Of a stretch of DNA of 64,000 nt, positions 9,138 through 18,803 are shown piece by piece. The notes beneath the pieces are model-generated. The model was not told where the DNA came from. It saw nothing but the letters and a program-made list of their open reading frames with translations, and made no database searches. The stretch is taken from the NCBI GenBank assembly GCA_943350175.1, contig CALQZX010000002.1, forward strand, positions 66,061-130,060, written 5' to 3'. Source of the stretch: Parcubacteria group bacterium (lineage in GTDB: Bacteria > Patescibacteriota > Microgenomatia > UBA1400 > PJMF01). Positions within the stretch are counted from its first letter, which is position 1. Each line of letters begins with the position of its first letter. Made by a program: the position numbers and the translations under genes.

Positions 9138-10264
9138 CTAAACAGTTAGAATGTATAAGATTAATACAGAATAAATTTATGCCAACCACATCTTCCAGCA
9201 GCGCTGGTCCAAATTTAACAGGCGCCAATTATGTTGGCCGTTTATTTGTTAGATATGGCTTGGCATTTTTGATTTTCTTGATGGTTGGTCGAGTTTTATT
9301 TAATGCTCTAGTAGCCTATTGGCAAGCCACTCATCCAGCCCCTCCACCAGCTCCAACAGTTGGTTTTGGAATTTTACCAAATTTGAATTTTCCTTCTCAA
9401 GACGAAACTGATAAGCCTGCTTCTTATAGCTTGGAAATGGCTTATGGCATAGAGGAAATAACTGATAGATCAAAAGTTTTTTTGATTACCAAATCTACCG
9501 CCAATTTATTAGCTGATGAAAGGATAAAAGAAATAGCCTCTATTTATGGCTTCATTTTTACTCCAGAGAATATTGCTGATAAAACCTATCGTTTCACCAA
9601 AAACACTCCTCTTGATATGAGTTTAGAGATTAGCTCAGTTGATTTTACTTTTTCCATGAAGAGTAATTTTCTATCTAGGCCAGATTTACTGGCCGACAAA
9701 GCTCTTTTGCCAGAAGAATTTGAGGCAATTGATAGTGTGAAGGAATTTGTTTCCTCATCTAATCTTTTAGGTGCAGACATTGCTTCCGCTTCTGGACAAG
9801 TGACTTTCCTTAGATCTATTGGTGGAGAATTGAGAACAGCTTTTTCCTTATCTGAGGCTGATTTTTTGCAAATTGATTTAAATCGCAGTCCAATTGATCT
9901 GGTATACAAAGTTTACACATCCGAGTGGAACAAAGGCATTATCTCAGCCAAGTTGAGCTCTGCATTTTCATCAAATAATTCCATTGTTGAGATGGATTAC
10001 TATTATCGTCAAGTCGATTATCTGAATTTCGAAACCTATCCACTGCGTACTGCTAAATCGGCTTGGAATCTAGTTCAAGCAGGAGATGCTTATGTGATTA
10101 ATGGTAAAAACTTGAAAGAAGCGGTGATTAGAGAAGTGGAATTGGCTTATTACGATAGTTTTGACGAGCAAAAATATTTGCAGCCGATCTATGTTTTTAA
10201 AGGTGACGCTAATTTTATGGCTATCGTGCCGGCAGTTAGTGCAAATTACTTGAGTAGAAATTAA
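9122..10264 (+). CDS. hypothetical membrane-anchored protein
   Basis: 380 aa. One TM helix near the N-terminus followed by a Pro-rich linker (PAPPPAP). No recognisable catalytic motif. The start is uncertain (9122 GTG overlaps the upstream gene; alternative ATG at 9179). Confidence 0.45.
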   Translation: MEKPLAKQLECIRLIQNKFMPTTSSSSAGPNLTGANYVGRLFVRYGLAFLIFLMVGRVLFNALVAYWQATHPAPPPAPTVGFGILPNLNFPSQDETDKPASYSLEMAYGIEEITDRSKVFLITKSTANLLADERIKEIASIYGFIFTPENIADKTYRFTKNTPLDMSLEISSVDFTFSMKSNFLSRPDLLADKALLPEEFEAIDSVKEFVSSSNLLGADIASASGQVTFLRSIGGELRTAFSLSEADFLQIDLNRSPIDLVYKVYTSEWNKGIISAKLSSAFSSNNSIVEMDYYYRQVDYLNFETYPLRTAKSAWNLVQAGDAYVINGKNLKEAVIREVELAYYDSFDEQKYLQPIYVFKGDANFMAIVPAVSANYLSRN

Positions 10265-10295
10265 AGATTTTAATTGAGGTGATAAAATACCAACT

Positions 10296-11732
10296 ATGAA
10301 TAATATTCGTACCAGAATGGCCCCTAGTCCTACCGGAGAAATGCACGTCGGCAGTCTAGCCACACTTCTCAAAAATTATGCCTTTGCCAAGAAAAATGGT
10401 GGGCAATTTATTTTGCGTATCGAAGATACGGATAAAGAAAGAGAAGTTGAAGGTGGAGTGCAAGCAATTCAAGAAATTGTGCGTCGTTATGGCTTAGATT
10501 GGGATGAAGGTCCAGGCAAAGGTGGCGAATATGGTCCATATATTCAATCAGAGCGTTTAGATATCTATAAAAGAGAAGTGCAGACTTTAATCGATAACGA
10601 CAAGGCATATTATTGTTTTTGTTCCAAAGAACGTTTGGCAGAAGTCAAAGAACAGCAAATGGCTAGTAAACAGCCTCCTCATTATGACCGTCATTGTAGA
10701 AATATCTCTGTAGATGAAGCCAAAAAAAGAGTGGCTGCTGGTGAAGATTATGTGATTCGTCTTAAGGTTCCAGCAGATCAGGAAATTACTTTCACCGATT
10801 TACTTAGAGGTGAAATCACTTTTCATTCCAATTTAATTGATGATCAAGTTTTACTAAAATCTGATGGCTATCCAACCTATCATTTGGCAGTAGTCATTGA
10901 TGATTATTTGATGAAAATTACTCACATTATGCGTGGAGAAGAATGGATTAGTTCCACTCCCAAGCACGTTTTGCTTTATCAGGCTTTTGGTTGGCCAGTG
11001 CCAGTATTTGCCCATATTCCAGTCTTTTTGAACCCTGATGGTAAAGGCAAAATGAGCAAGAGAAAAGGCATGGTTTCGGCCGCTTCTTTCTTGGATAGAG
11101 GTTATTTGCCAGAAGCGATGTTGAACTTTTTTATGATTCTTGGGTGGGCTAAAAAAGATCAGGAAGAAGTCATTAGTTTAGAAGAATATATTAACGAATT
11201 TGATCCAAGTGATTTGAGTAGCAATAGTGTCGCTTTTGATATCAAGAAACTTGATTGGCTCAATGGTGTCTATATTCGCAAACTAAGCCCAGAGCAATTA
11301 AAAGAAAAAATAACTCCATTTATTGCCGCTGATTTTCCAGCTGACAAAATAGAGCAAGTTCTGCCTTTGATTCAAGAAAGATTGGTGACTTTGGCAGATT
11401 TTAATTTATTGACCAAATTTTTCTACGGTGAAATTAATTACGAGACCGATTTGCTGTTGAAGAAAGCTGATTCAAAAGAAATAGTAATTCAAGAATTAAA
11501 CGAAACAATTACTTTACTTGAATCTTTGAGTGATTGGTCTTTAACTTCTTTGGAAGAAGCAATTAGAGGACTTCAAGAGAAAAAAGATTGGCACAGAGGT
11601 CAATTTTTTATGATGCTGCGCATTGCTGTCACCGGAGAAAAAGCTACTCCTCCTCTTTTTGAAACGATTATGGTTTTAGGCAAAGATTTGGTGCTGGCAC
11701 GTTTGAAGACAGCGCTTGATAAATTAGCCTAA
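10296..11732 (+). CDS. gltX: glutamyl-tRNA synthetase
   Basis: 478 aa. RMAPSPTGEMHVG (HIGH region), LRIEDTD and KMSKR motifs. GAGGTG Shine-Dalgarno upstream. Confidence 0.9.
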   Translation: MNNIRTRMAPSPTGEMHVGSLATLLKNYAFAKKNGGQFILRIEDTDKEREVEGGVQAIQEIVRRYGLDWDEGPGKGGEYGPYIQSERLDIYKREVQTLIDNDKAYYCFCSKERLAEVKEQQMASKQPPHYDRHCRNISVDEAKKRVAAGEDYVIRLKVPADQEITFTDLLRGEITFHSNLIDDQVLLKSDGYPTYHLAVVIDDYLMKITHIMRGEEWISSTPKHVLLYQAFGWPVPVFAHIPVFLNPDGKGKMSKRKGMVSAASFLDRGYLPEAMLNFFMILGWAKKDQEEVISLEEYINEFDPSDLSSNSVAFDIKKLDWLNGVYIRKLSPEQLKEKITPFIAADFPADKIEQVLPLIQERLVTLADFNLLTKFFYGEINYETDLLLKKADSKEIVIQELNETITLLESLSDWSLTSLEEAIRGLQEKKDWHRGQFFMMLRIAVTGEKATPPLFETIMVLGKDLVLARLKTALDKLA

Positions 11733-11753
11733 AACAAAGTTGATGGTAAAAAT

Positions 11754-12572
11754 ATGACTGCCCAAAGTAAATCACAACAAATCCTAGCTTCATTGGCGAT
11801 GGCCGGACAAGTGGCTATGACCAGTCCTTTGCTTTCTAGCAATCAAAATCACCAGCAGGTTTTGGATGAAAAAACTCGCCAAGTGGCTCTAGATATTTCA
11901 GAGCAAGAACATCAGGAAATTGTCGCTAAACTTAGTTCTTACGTTAATTCTCCAGCAGGGCACTTGGAAAGAGAGACTGAGCTTTATCTGGAACAGCAGC
12001 TTTCAGAGATTCTTGGTTTTAAAGTCAGAGCAGAGTTGGACGGTCAAAAACTCAATCATAGTGTTGGTATTATGGGAGCTGAGCAACACTTGCTTCGTTT
12101 TCCTGGTGATGAGCTAAAAGATCATGATGCCTACACTGAAGCCGGCATAGCTCCAAATAGAGGCGCTTTTGGTTGGTTTACTCAGAATGGAGAGCTGACT
12201 GAAAAATCAATTCTCAGAGAAAAATATTATTTTGCTGTTCAATTGATGTATTTACCGCAGTGGAGTGAAAATCACCCAGAACTTAAACCTTGGTATAAAT
12301 ATCGCAAAATGATTGTCATTAATCCAGCTGAGCAAATGGCCGTAGTCGGGGTGGTAGCTGATGCTGGTCCAAGCATGTGGGTTAAAAAGCAATTTGGCGG
12401 TTCTCCAGAGGTGATTCGCGAAGGTAGAATTTGGAGCCCTAACAGTAAAGGTAAGGTAATGATTTTATTTATTGATGATGAAGAAGATATTGTGCCACTT
12501 GGTCCAATTTCTCTAGATTTTAAAGCTGTCTTAGCTCACAATGAGAGCAATAATTCTCAAGCAAATATATGA
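11754..12572 (+). CDS. hypothetical protein with possible RlpA-like double-psi beta-barrel domain
   Basis: 272 aa. The C-terminal segment VVGVVADAGPSMW...GRIW resembles the V-x-D-x-GP core of DPBB/RlpA-like domains. Weak, memory-based assignment. Confidence 0.4.
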   Translation: MTAQSKSQQILASLAMAGQVAMTSPLLSSNQNHQQVLDEKTRQVALDISEQEHQEIVAKLSSYVNSPAGHLERETELYLEQQLSEILGFKVRAELDGQKLNHSVGIMGAEQHLLRFPGDELKDHDAYTEAGIAPNRGAFGWFTQNGELTEKSILREKYYFAVQLMYLPQWSENHPELKPWYKYRKMIVINPAEQMAVVGVVADAGPSMWVKKQFGGSPEVIREGRIWSPNSKGKVMILFIDDEEDIVPLGPISLDFKAVLAHNESNNSQANI

Positions 12573-12964
12573 TCAAAACAAATCTCTTTATTGGTTCTCG
12601 TTATCCTGTTGATCGTCACAAAATCAAAGCAACTGTAGAGAGAGTTCTGAGTGAGCATGGCACAGACAATGCTCAGGTAGATGTATCGATCGTTGGCATT
12701 AGAAAAATCACCACGCTTAATGAAAAATATCTCAAACATGAAGGCCCAACCGACGTTCTCTCCTTTCCCCAACACAATAAAGGACAACTGCAGGACATTC
12801 CTCTCCCAGAGGGAGAGCTCATACACTTGGGAGACGTGATCATTAGTTTTCCAGAGGCAGTCAAAATGGCCAAAAGATTTGGCAAGATGGTCGATGCACA
12901 GATTTGCTTTTATCTAGAACACGCTCTACTTCATTTACTTGGTTATCATCACGACGATCATTAG
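12569..12964 (+). CDS. ybeY: rRNA maturation endoribonuclease YbeY
   Basis: 131 aa. C-terminal zinc motif HALLHLLGYHHDDH (H-x3-H-x5-H). Confidence 0.75.
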   Translation: MIKTNLFIGSRYPVDRHKIKATVERVLSEHGTDNAQVDVSIVGIRKITTLNEKYLKHEGPTDVLSFPQHNKGQLQDIPLPEGELIHLGDVIISFPEAVKMAKRFGKMVDAQICFYLEHALLHLLGYHHDDH

Positions 12965-13020
12965 ATTTTTGAGTGTAATTTTCTTCAGCATGGGACTTTT
13001 ATCTGTGTTAAACTTTAGCC

Positions 13021-14586
13021 ATGGCTTGGTATCGTCTTTATCGTCCAAAAAAAGTTCAAGATTTAAATATTAGCTCTGTTAGAGAATCTCTGCAGCGCAT
13101 GATGGCTGATGGCAAAATTCCGCAGTCGCTCCTCTTTGCTGGTCCAAAAGGAACAGGCAAGACCTCAGCCTCCCGTATTTTGGGCGCCATGCTCAATGAT
13201 CCAGCTAATGCTGCTCTGGTTGATTATCTTTTTTTCAAAAAAACTGCTCCCAAGAAAATAGCTTTTGCAGAGCCAGATGAAACTAGCGATTTTGCCAGAA
13301 GAGTTTATGAAGGCCATTCCTTTGTAGTTCAAGAATTAGATGCCGCTTCCAATCGTCGTATTGATGACATTCGTTTGCTCAAAGAGAGGATTAATCTGCC
13401 TCCTTCTGAAGGTAAAATGATGGTTTATATCTTGGATGAGGTTCACATGCTGACCAATGAAGCTTTTAATGCTTTGTTGAAAATTCTTGAAGAACCACCA
13501 GCCCACGTTGTTTTTATCTTGGCCACCACAGAACTGCACAAATTGCCGGCTACTATCGTTTCTCGCTGTAGCGTAATTAATTTTAGAAAAGCTAATACTT
13601 TGGAACTTAAGCAGTCTTTGGAGCGAGTACTCTTGGCAGAAAAAATTAAATTTGCAGATGGCGATCTGGAAAAAATAGCGGCCAGAGCAGATGGTAGTTT
13701 CCGTGATGGAGTGAAGATTTTGGAAATGGCTTGCAAAGACGGCAAACTTGATTTGGAAGTAATTAAAGATCTTTTGGCTAGCGATAGCGAAGTTTACATT
13801 AAAAATTTGCTGGAATTTGTAATTAAAAAAGATGATCAAGCTCTAGTTAAGGTTTTTGAAGAGCTAAGAAACAATAATTACAATCAAAAAGATTTTTATA
13901 AAGATTTCTTCGAATTTTTACACAAAGATTTGTTAATCAATCTCTCAGTGATTGAAGGAGAGGCTGCTTATTCTCTCAAAATTGATCAATTTTTCCTCAA
14001 AGAAATTTTATCTGTAGATCTGAATCAAGAAACCCCAATTCCTTTCCTTGTTTTAGAATTGAAACTTTTGGAAATTATTGAGAGATCAAAAAAGCCTAAA
14101 GACCCTGCTCAGTCAAAAGAAGATGACTCAGATAGCAAAAAAAAAATTCAAAAAACTGAAGTAAAAATTGAATTAAAAACTGAGGAGGTTGGACCAGCAA
14201 AAAAAGTTGAAACTGTAGAGCCAGCTCAAGTAATAAAAAAAATGGAACCTGTTATTTTAGATTCTCAAATAGATACTAAAACTTTGTGGCAAAACTTAAT
14301 TAAGAATTTTGCTGCAGACAACTTTTCTCTTCTTACTCTCCTTAAATCTTGTAAATTAGATAGTTTAAGCGATGGCATTGCCAGAGTTTTTGTTTATTAT
14401 TCCTTTCATAAGGAGCAGCTAGAACAAAATAAAAATAGAGATTTGCTTGGCAAGGCAGCCATGGAGCTTTTAGGAATAAACTTGAGGTTTGATTTTGTTT
14501 TGCAAAGCGAACAAGTTCTTGCTGGAACGAATAACGAGACACAAGACTCAGAGCTAATGCTTGCAGCGAAAGATTCTTTGTTATAA
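13021..14586 (+). CDS. dnaX: DNA polymerase III subunit tau/gamma
   Basis: 521 aa. YRPKKVQD..., Walker A GPKGTGKTS, SRC motif (SRCSV), clamp-loader domains I-III followed by a K/E-rich linker. An A10 tract at 14137-14146 lies just after domain III. Confidence 0.9.
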   Translation: MAWYRLYRPKKVQDLNISSVRESLQRMMADGKIPQSLLFAGPKGTGKTSASRILGAMLNDPANAALVDYLFFKKTAPKKIAFAEPDETSDFARRVYEGHSFVVQELDAASNRRIDDIRLLKERINLPPSEGKMMVYILDEVHMLTNEAFNALLKILEEPPAHVVFILATTELHKLPATIVSRCSVINFRKANTLELKQSLERVLLAEKIKFADGDLEKIAARADGSFRDGVKILEMACKDGKLDLEVIKDLLASDSEVYIKNLLEFVIKKDDQALVKVFEELRNNNYNQKDFYKDFFEFLHKDLLINLSVIEGEAAYSLKIDQFFLKEILSVDLNQETPIPFLVLELKLLEIIERSKKPKDPAQSKEDDSDSKKKIQKTEVKIELKTEEVGPAKKVETVEPAQVIKKMEPVILDSQIDTKTLWQNLIKNFAADNFSLLTLLKSCKLDSLSDGIARVFVYYSFHKEQLEQNKNRDLLGKAAMELLGINLRFDFVLQSEQVLAGTNNETQDSELMLAAKDSLL

Positions 14587-14780
14587 TTGTCTAACCCTTA
14601 TATCTTTAACAGGCCACGTTCGACGGAAATTATTAGCTTTTTTAAGTTAACGATCTTCTTCTCACTCAAAGAAGTCGCTGTTAAGATATGTTATATTATG
14701 GTTCAGATCTCAGTCAGCTTCTTCTATGGGCTGCTAAAGATATAAGAGTTATTATTTATTAATAGAAAATAAAGAAAGGA

Positions 14781-14798
14781 GCGAATACTCGTATTCGC
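14781..14798. promoter_or_regulatory. perfect 18-bp palindrome GCGAATAC-TC-GTATTCGC between an AAGGAG box and the ybaB start
   Basis: Read directly. Dyad symmetry typical of a dimeric regulator site or a small hairpin. Confidence 0.3.
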
Positions 14799-14822
14799 GA
14801 CAAAAGTATGGCAGGAGGTTTC

Positions 14823-15089
14823 ATGAATCAGCTTGGTGATCTAAATAAATTGCGCAAGCAAGCTAAACAGATGCAGCAAGATCTAGCAGCAGAAGAAATT
14901 ATTGTTGAGCGTGGTGATATCGTAGTCAAGATTACTGGAGGTCAAGAAGTCAAAGACATTTCTGTCCAAGGTATTCACAGCGATGAATTAGTCAAAGCTC
15001 TTAACGAAGCAATTAAGAAGTCTCAAGAAGTCGCTGCTAAGAAATTGCAGAGTATGACTGGCGGACTTGGCTCTTTGCTTGGTAAATAA
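14823..15089 (+). CDS. ybaB: nucleoid-associated protein YbaB/EbfC
   Basis: MNQLGDLNKLRKQAKQMQQDL... matches the YbaB family. GGAGG lies 4 nt before the ATG at 14823, so the in-frame ATG at 14808 is less likely. The dnaX-ybaB neighbourhood is conserved. Confidence 0.8.
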   Translation: MNQLGDLNKLRKQAKQMQQDLAAEEIIVERGDIVVKITGGQEVKDISVQGIHSDELVKALNEAIKKSQEVAAKKLQSMTGGLGSLLGK

Positions 15090-15091
15090 AA

Positions 15092-15709
15092 TTGCTGATG
15101 AATGTTTTTATTGCCAGTTCCAATGAAGGTAAGATTAAGGAAATTAAGGCAATTCTTGCCGATACTTCTCTTAATTTATCGAGTGTTTTGGATCGTGGAG
15201 ATTTAAAAGACTTCGATGTTGAAGAAACTGGTAAAACTTTTCAAGATAATGCACTTCTGAAAGCTAAGGCTTACGCGCAGTTGCTAAAAATGCCAACTAT
15301 TGCTGATGATTCTGGCTTGGAAGTGCAGTCTTTAGACGGCTTTCCATCTGTAAATTCCAACCGTTGGTTTAAGGGAACTGCCAGTGAGCGTAATTTGGCC
15401 TTGTTAGATTTATTGAAGAATGAGGGAAATCGTCAGGCAAGATTTTATAGTGTGATTTGTTTTTATGATCCAAATACTAAAGTCGCTAAGTTTTTTGAGG
15501 GTGAAATTAAAGGGAAAATACCTCTGGAGCAAAGGGGGAGCAAAATCGAAGGTTTTGGTTACGATCCAATTTTTATTCCAGAGGGTTTTGAAAAAAGTTT
15601 TGCAGAACTAGGAACTGAATTTAAAAACACCATTTCACATCGAAGAAAAGCTTTACTTAAGCTAAGTCAATATGTTCTTCAAGGTAAACGTCTTGGACAG
15701 CCTGAATAA
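15092..15709 (+). CDS. rdgB: non-canonical purine NTP pyrophosphatase (Ham1/RdgB family)
   Basis: 205 aa. N-terminal ...IASSNEGKIKEIKAIL motif and FGYDPIF motif of the Ham1 family. Confidence 0.8.
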   Translation: MLMNVFIASSNEGKIKEIKAILADTSLNLSSVLDRGDLKDFDVEETGKTFQDNALLKAKAYAQLLKMPTIADDSGLEVQSLDGFPSVNSNRWFKGTASERNLALLDLLKNEGNRQARFYSVICFYDPNTKVAKFFEGEIKGKIPLEQRGSKIEGFGYDPIFIPEGFEKSFAELGTEFKNTISHRRKALLKLSQYVLQGKRLGQPE

Positions 15710-16727
15710 TTTTGACGCCCTCTTCCATTGGCCTCTTAAAAGCTTTGCGGCCCATGATTAAGCCTGCTCCGCCAGCTCTTTTATTAATGACCGCGGTTTT
15801 AACAGCGGCTTGAAGATCTTTCTGATAACTGCCATCTTCACTGCTTTCACCACCAGAATTAATTAGGCTGATTTTGCCAGCGTAACAGTTCATGACTTGT
15901 AGACGGACCATGTCGATTGGGTTTTCTGTGCTCAGGGCTTCATACATTTCTTTACTTTGTTTGCCGAACTTGAATTTAAGGAAAGCGCCGTCATTTTCTG
16001 GCATTTTTTGCTTGATGATGTCGGCTTCGATTGTCACTCCCAGGCGGTTGGCATATGAGGTGATGTCAGCAGCACTTTCATAGTTTTCATCTTTATCTTG
16101 TAGAGCCTGATTTCGTGGATAACACCATAAAATAGTGGCGAGTCCCAATTGGTGGGCTTCATAGAAGGCTTTGGAGATTTCTACTATTTGGCGATTGGAC
16201 TCCTTTGAGCCGAAATATATAGTCGCGCCAATCGCCACAGCTCCCATCTCGTAAGCTTGGCGAACTTGAGCGAATAGAATCTGATCCCATTTATTTGGAT
16301 ATGTCAGAAGTTCATTGTGATTAATTTTAACAATGAAAGGAATTCTGTCGGCATATTTTTTACTAACCAAGCCAAGAGCTCCTAATGTGGAAGCAACTCC
16401 ATTGCAGTCAGCTTCCATAGCTAACTTGACGACATTTTCTGGGTCGAAATAAATGGGGTTTTTATAAAAAGAATAAGAAGCATTGTGCTCGATATCCTGA
16501 TCAACCGGTAGAATGGATAGGTAGCCAGTGTTGCCCAGTCGGCCATGACCGTAGAGTCTTTCTAAGTTTTGAATAACTTTTTCACTACGATCAGAATTGG
16601 CAAAAACATGCTGAACATGATCGCTCTTTGGAAATTCAATTAATTCTTTTGGCAGCAATTGACATTGATGAGCCAAAAGATATTGAGCTTCACTACCGAG
16701 TAATTCAACTATGTCTTGGTAAATCAT
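15657..16727 (-). CDS. fbaB: class I fructose-bisphosphate aldolase (FbaB/DhnA type)
   Basis: 356 aa, collinear with E. coli FbaB from memory: TGYLSILPVDQ, IVKINHNE, AVAIGATIYFGS, TAVINKRAGG, GRKAFKR. Confidence 0.85.
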   Translation of the reverse strand: MIYQDIVELLGSEAQYLLAHQCQLLPKELIEFPKSDHVQHVFANSDRSEKVIQNLERLYGHGRLGNTGYLSILPVDQDIEHNASYSFYKNPIYFDPENVVKLAMEADCNGVASTLGALGLVSKKYADRIPFIVKINHNELLTYPNKWDQILFAQVRQAYEMGAVAIGATIYFGSKESNRQIVEISKAFYEAHQLGLATILWCYPRNQALQDKDENYESAADITSYANRLGVTIEADIIKQKMPENDGAFLKFKFGKQSKEMYEALSTENPIDMVRLQVMNCYAGKISLINSGGESSEDGSYQKDLQAAVKTAVINKRAGGAGLIMGRKAFKRPMEEGVKIIQAVQDVYLEEHIDLA

Positions 16728-16729
16728 TT

Positions 16730-17332
16730 TTATTTGGTTTTACTTTTAATTTTGGTTTCTACTTTCTTGATTTCAGATTTAACTTCTTTAACTTTGGCTT
16801 TAACTTCCTCTACCTTAGCTTTAACTTTTTCAACTTTGGCAATAATGGTGCCAGCTAAGCCATATTCTGGTTTTACTTCATAAAGAATGTAAAGACTCAC
16901 GGCTAAACTAAATAATAAGCCAAAGAGACCATCTTTGAAAAAGAAAACGCTGACTAAGTTCATAATCAATCCCAATAAGCTTAAACAAAGCAAACCAAAC
17001 CAACCTTGAAGCTCACGGTTTTTAAGTGGCTTGTAGATAGAGACTGAAACAATACCTGAGACTATTTGCAAAAGACCAGTTAGATAAAAGTAAACTGGTG
17101 GGATACCTTTCCAGAAATTAAAGATTCTGTAGTAGTCGTTGGCGCCGAAAATACTACGCAAACCTCCAGTGATTAAGAACAAGCCAGAAACAAGAGTTAA
17201 GTAAGGAGCAATTTTAGCCAAAACTTCAGTAGCCTTTTTAGGCAAATGGGGAACATTTTGGAAGACTTTTTCGAGTTCTTTATCGATACTTTTTATTGTT
17301 GGGTGTGAGAACAAAGCGGTAATATTTTGCAT
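16730..17332 (-). CDS. membrane protein with C-terminal Lys/Glu/Val-rich tandem-repeat tail
   Basis: 200 aa. Four TM segments, then KVEKVKAKVEEVKAKVKEVKSEIKKVETKIKSKTK encoded by a ~15-nt periodic DNA repeat at 16733-16860. Confidence 0.5.
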   Translation of the reverse strand: MQNITALFSHPTIKSIDKELEKVFQNVPHLPKKATEVLAKIAPYLTLVSGLFLITGGLRSIFGANDYYRIFNFWKGIPPVYFYLTGLLQIVSGIVSVSIYKPLKNRELQGWFGLLCLSLLGLIMNLVSVFFFKDGLFGLLFSLAVSLYILYEVKPEYGLAGTIIAKVEKVKAKVEEVKAKVKEVKSEIKKVETKIKSKTK

Positions 17333-17382
17333 AAAATTATCTTAGCATAGTTGGACTTGCGGTGAAATGCTAAGATTGAGTC

Positions 17383-17880
17383 ATGCCAAAAGATAACAAA
17401 AAGGAACTATTTTATTTAGTGGATGATAACGACGATGTTATTGGTTCTGTAGAGAGATTTATTGCTCATCGCAGCAAAACACTCAAGCATCGCAGTATTT
17501 TTATTTTACTATTTAATGATCTTGGAGAGTTGCTTCTACAGAAAAGAAGTCAGTTTAAAGATAGCTTCCCAGGGTTTTGGACAGTTTCAGTTAGTGGACA
17601 TGTGACCTTTGGTCAAACTTATGATGAGGCGGCCAAGAGGGAAATGGAGGAAGAAATCGGCCTAAGTTTTAATCTAGCGCCGCTGCAAAAAATCTATATT
17701 GAGGAAGAAAGAGAATTTGCTTTTATTTATCGAGCTAATTGTGAGGGTAAGATCAAAATTAACTTTGATCAAAGTGAAATATCAGAAGTAAAATGGGTGG
17801 CCTTGAAGGAATTACCCGATTTTATCAAGGAAAATGATTTGACGCCTTCGGCACTTAAAGTATTAAAAACTGCGTTATAA
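17383..17880 (+). CDS. NUDIX hydrolase (IPP-isomerase-like subgroup)
   Basis: 165 aa. Nudix box GHVTFGQTYDEAAKREMEEEIGL. Confidence 0.6.
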   Translation: MPKDNKKELFYLVDDNDDVIGSVERFIAHRSKTLKHRSIFILLFNDLGELLLQKRSQFKDSFPGFWTVSVSGHVTFGQTYDEAAKREMEEEIGLSFNLAPLQKIYIEEEREFAFIYRANCEGKIKINFDQSEISEVKWVALKELPDFIKENDLTPSALKVLKTAL

Positions 17881-17888
17881 TTACAGAA

Positions 17889-18803
17889 ATGAATCCTTTT
17901 TATATTTCTTTATTTTCAGTTTTAATCTTCATTCTTATTGGTTACGTTGCCAAACAAGCAAAATTACTAGATGCAGAGATTGCTAAGAAATTAATTAAAT
18001 TTCTTTTTACCATTCCTTTGCCAATCCTTGTCTTTAGCTCTTTTGCTAGCAATCCTATTGAATTAAAACTTCTTTCTTTGCCGCTAATTGCTTCCATTAT
18101 TACTATTACGCTTGTAACGATTAGTTACTTTTTTGGCAAAATTTTTCGCTTTGATCGCAAAACCACTGGAACGTTAATGACAGCTTCCGGCATTAGTAGT
18201 ACTTTGCTGTTTGCTTTGCCTTTTATCACTGTTTTTTATGGTCAAGAGCAAACTAGATATTTATTTCTATATGATTTCGGTAATGGTTTGATGGCTTGGA
18301 CCTTGGTTTATTATTTGGCTGGCAGAATGGGTAATAAAAATGGTCTTAAAGTTAGCGAATCAATAAAAACTTTTCTCAAAAATCCAATGATTTGGGCCTT
18401 GGTACTTGGCATTATGGTTGCTGCAAGTGGTTTGACTTTGCCTTCAATTTTCAAAAACATTGCAGGGCAAATGGCTGGATTTACTAATCCTCTGATCCTT
18501 TGTTGTGTCGGCATTTTTCTTAACTTGGATTTCTTTAAGCAAAGTAAGAATTTAATTAAAATATTGCTGGGAGCTTTTTTGGTGATGGGTGTGTCTCTTG
18601 CTTTAGCTTTTGCGCTAACAAATGCATTTGGAATATCTGGAATAATTCAGAAGATTGTTCTAATTTGTGCTTTGGCTCCAGCAGGAACTTTGACGGTGGC
18701 TTTTTCTGCAGAGCATAATCTAAACACAGAATATGCTAGCGCTCTGGTTGCAGCCACGATGTTTTTTGCAATTTTGCTGATGCCACTATTGATTGGAATG
18801 TAG
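17889..18803 (+). CDS. AEC-family (auxin efflux carrier-like) transporter
   Basis: 304 aa, ~10 TM helices in two 5-TM repeats. Confidence 0.65.
   Translation: MNPFYISLFSVLIFILIGYVAKQAKLLDAEIAKKLIKFLFTIPLPILVFSSFASNPIELKLLSLPLIASIITITLVTISYFFGKIFRFDRKTTGTLMTASGISSTLLFALPFITVFYGQEQTRYLFLYDFGNGLMAWTLVYYLAGRMGNKNGLKVSESIKTFLKNPMIWALVLGIMVAASGLTLPSIFKNIAGQMAGFTNPLILCCVGIFLNLDFFKQSKNLIKILLGAFLVMGVSLALAFALTNAFGISGIIQKIVLICALAPAGTLTVAFSAEHNLNTEYASALVAATMFFAILLMPLLIGM

Noticed and set aside
13336-13839. Antisense ORFs inside dnaX (13336..13839, 13443..13745), and similar antisense ORFs inside aspS, acd, pflB, recJ and secD
   Set aside because: Embedded in the opposite strand of well-supported conserved genes; no motifs; typical shadow ORFs.
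14587-14807. SRP RNA (ffs) next to dnaX as in Bacillus
   Set aside because: No conserved domain IV hairpin motif and no convincing long helix; reported only as an unexplained intergenic region.
16628-16858. Plus-strand 76-aa Phe/Asn-rich ORF
   Set aside because: Reverse-complement shadow of the K/E/V tandem repeat at the 3' end of the minus-strand membrane-protein gene.
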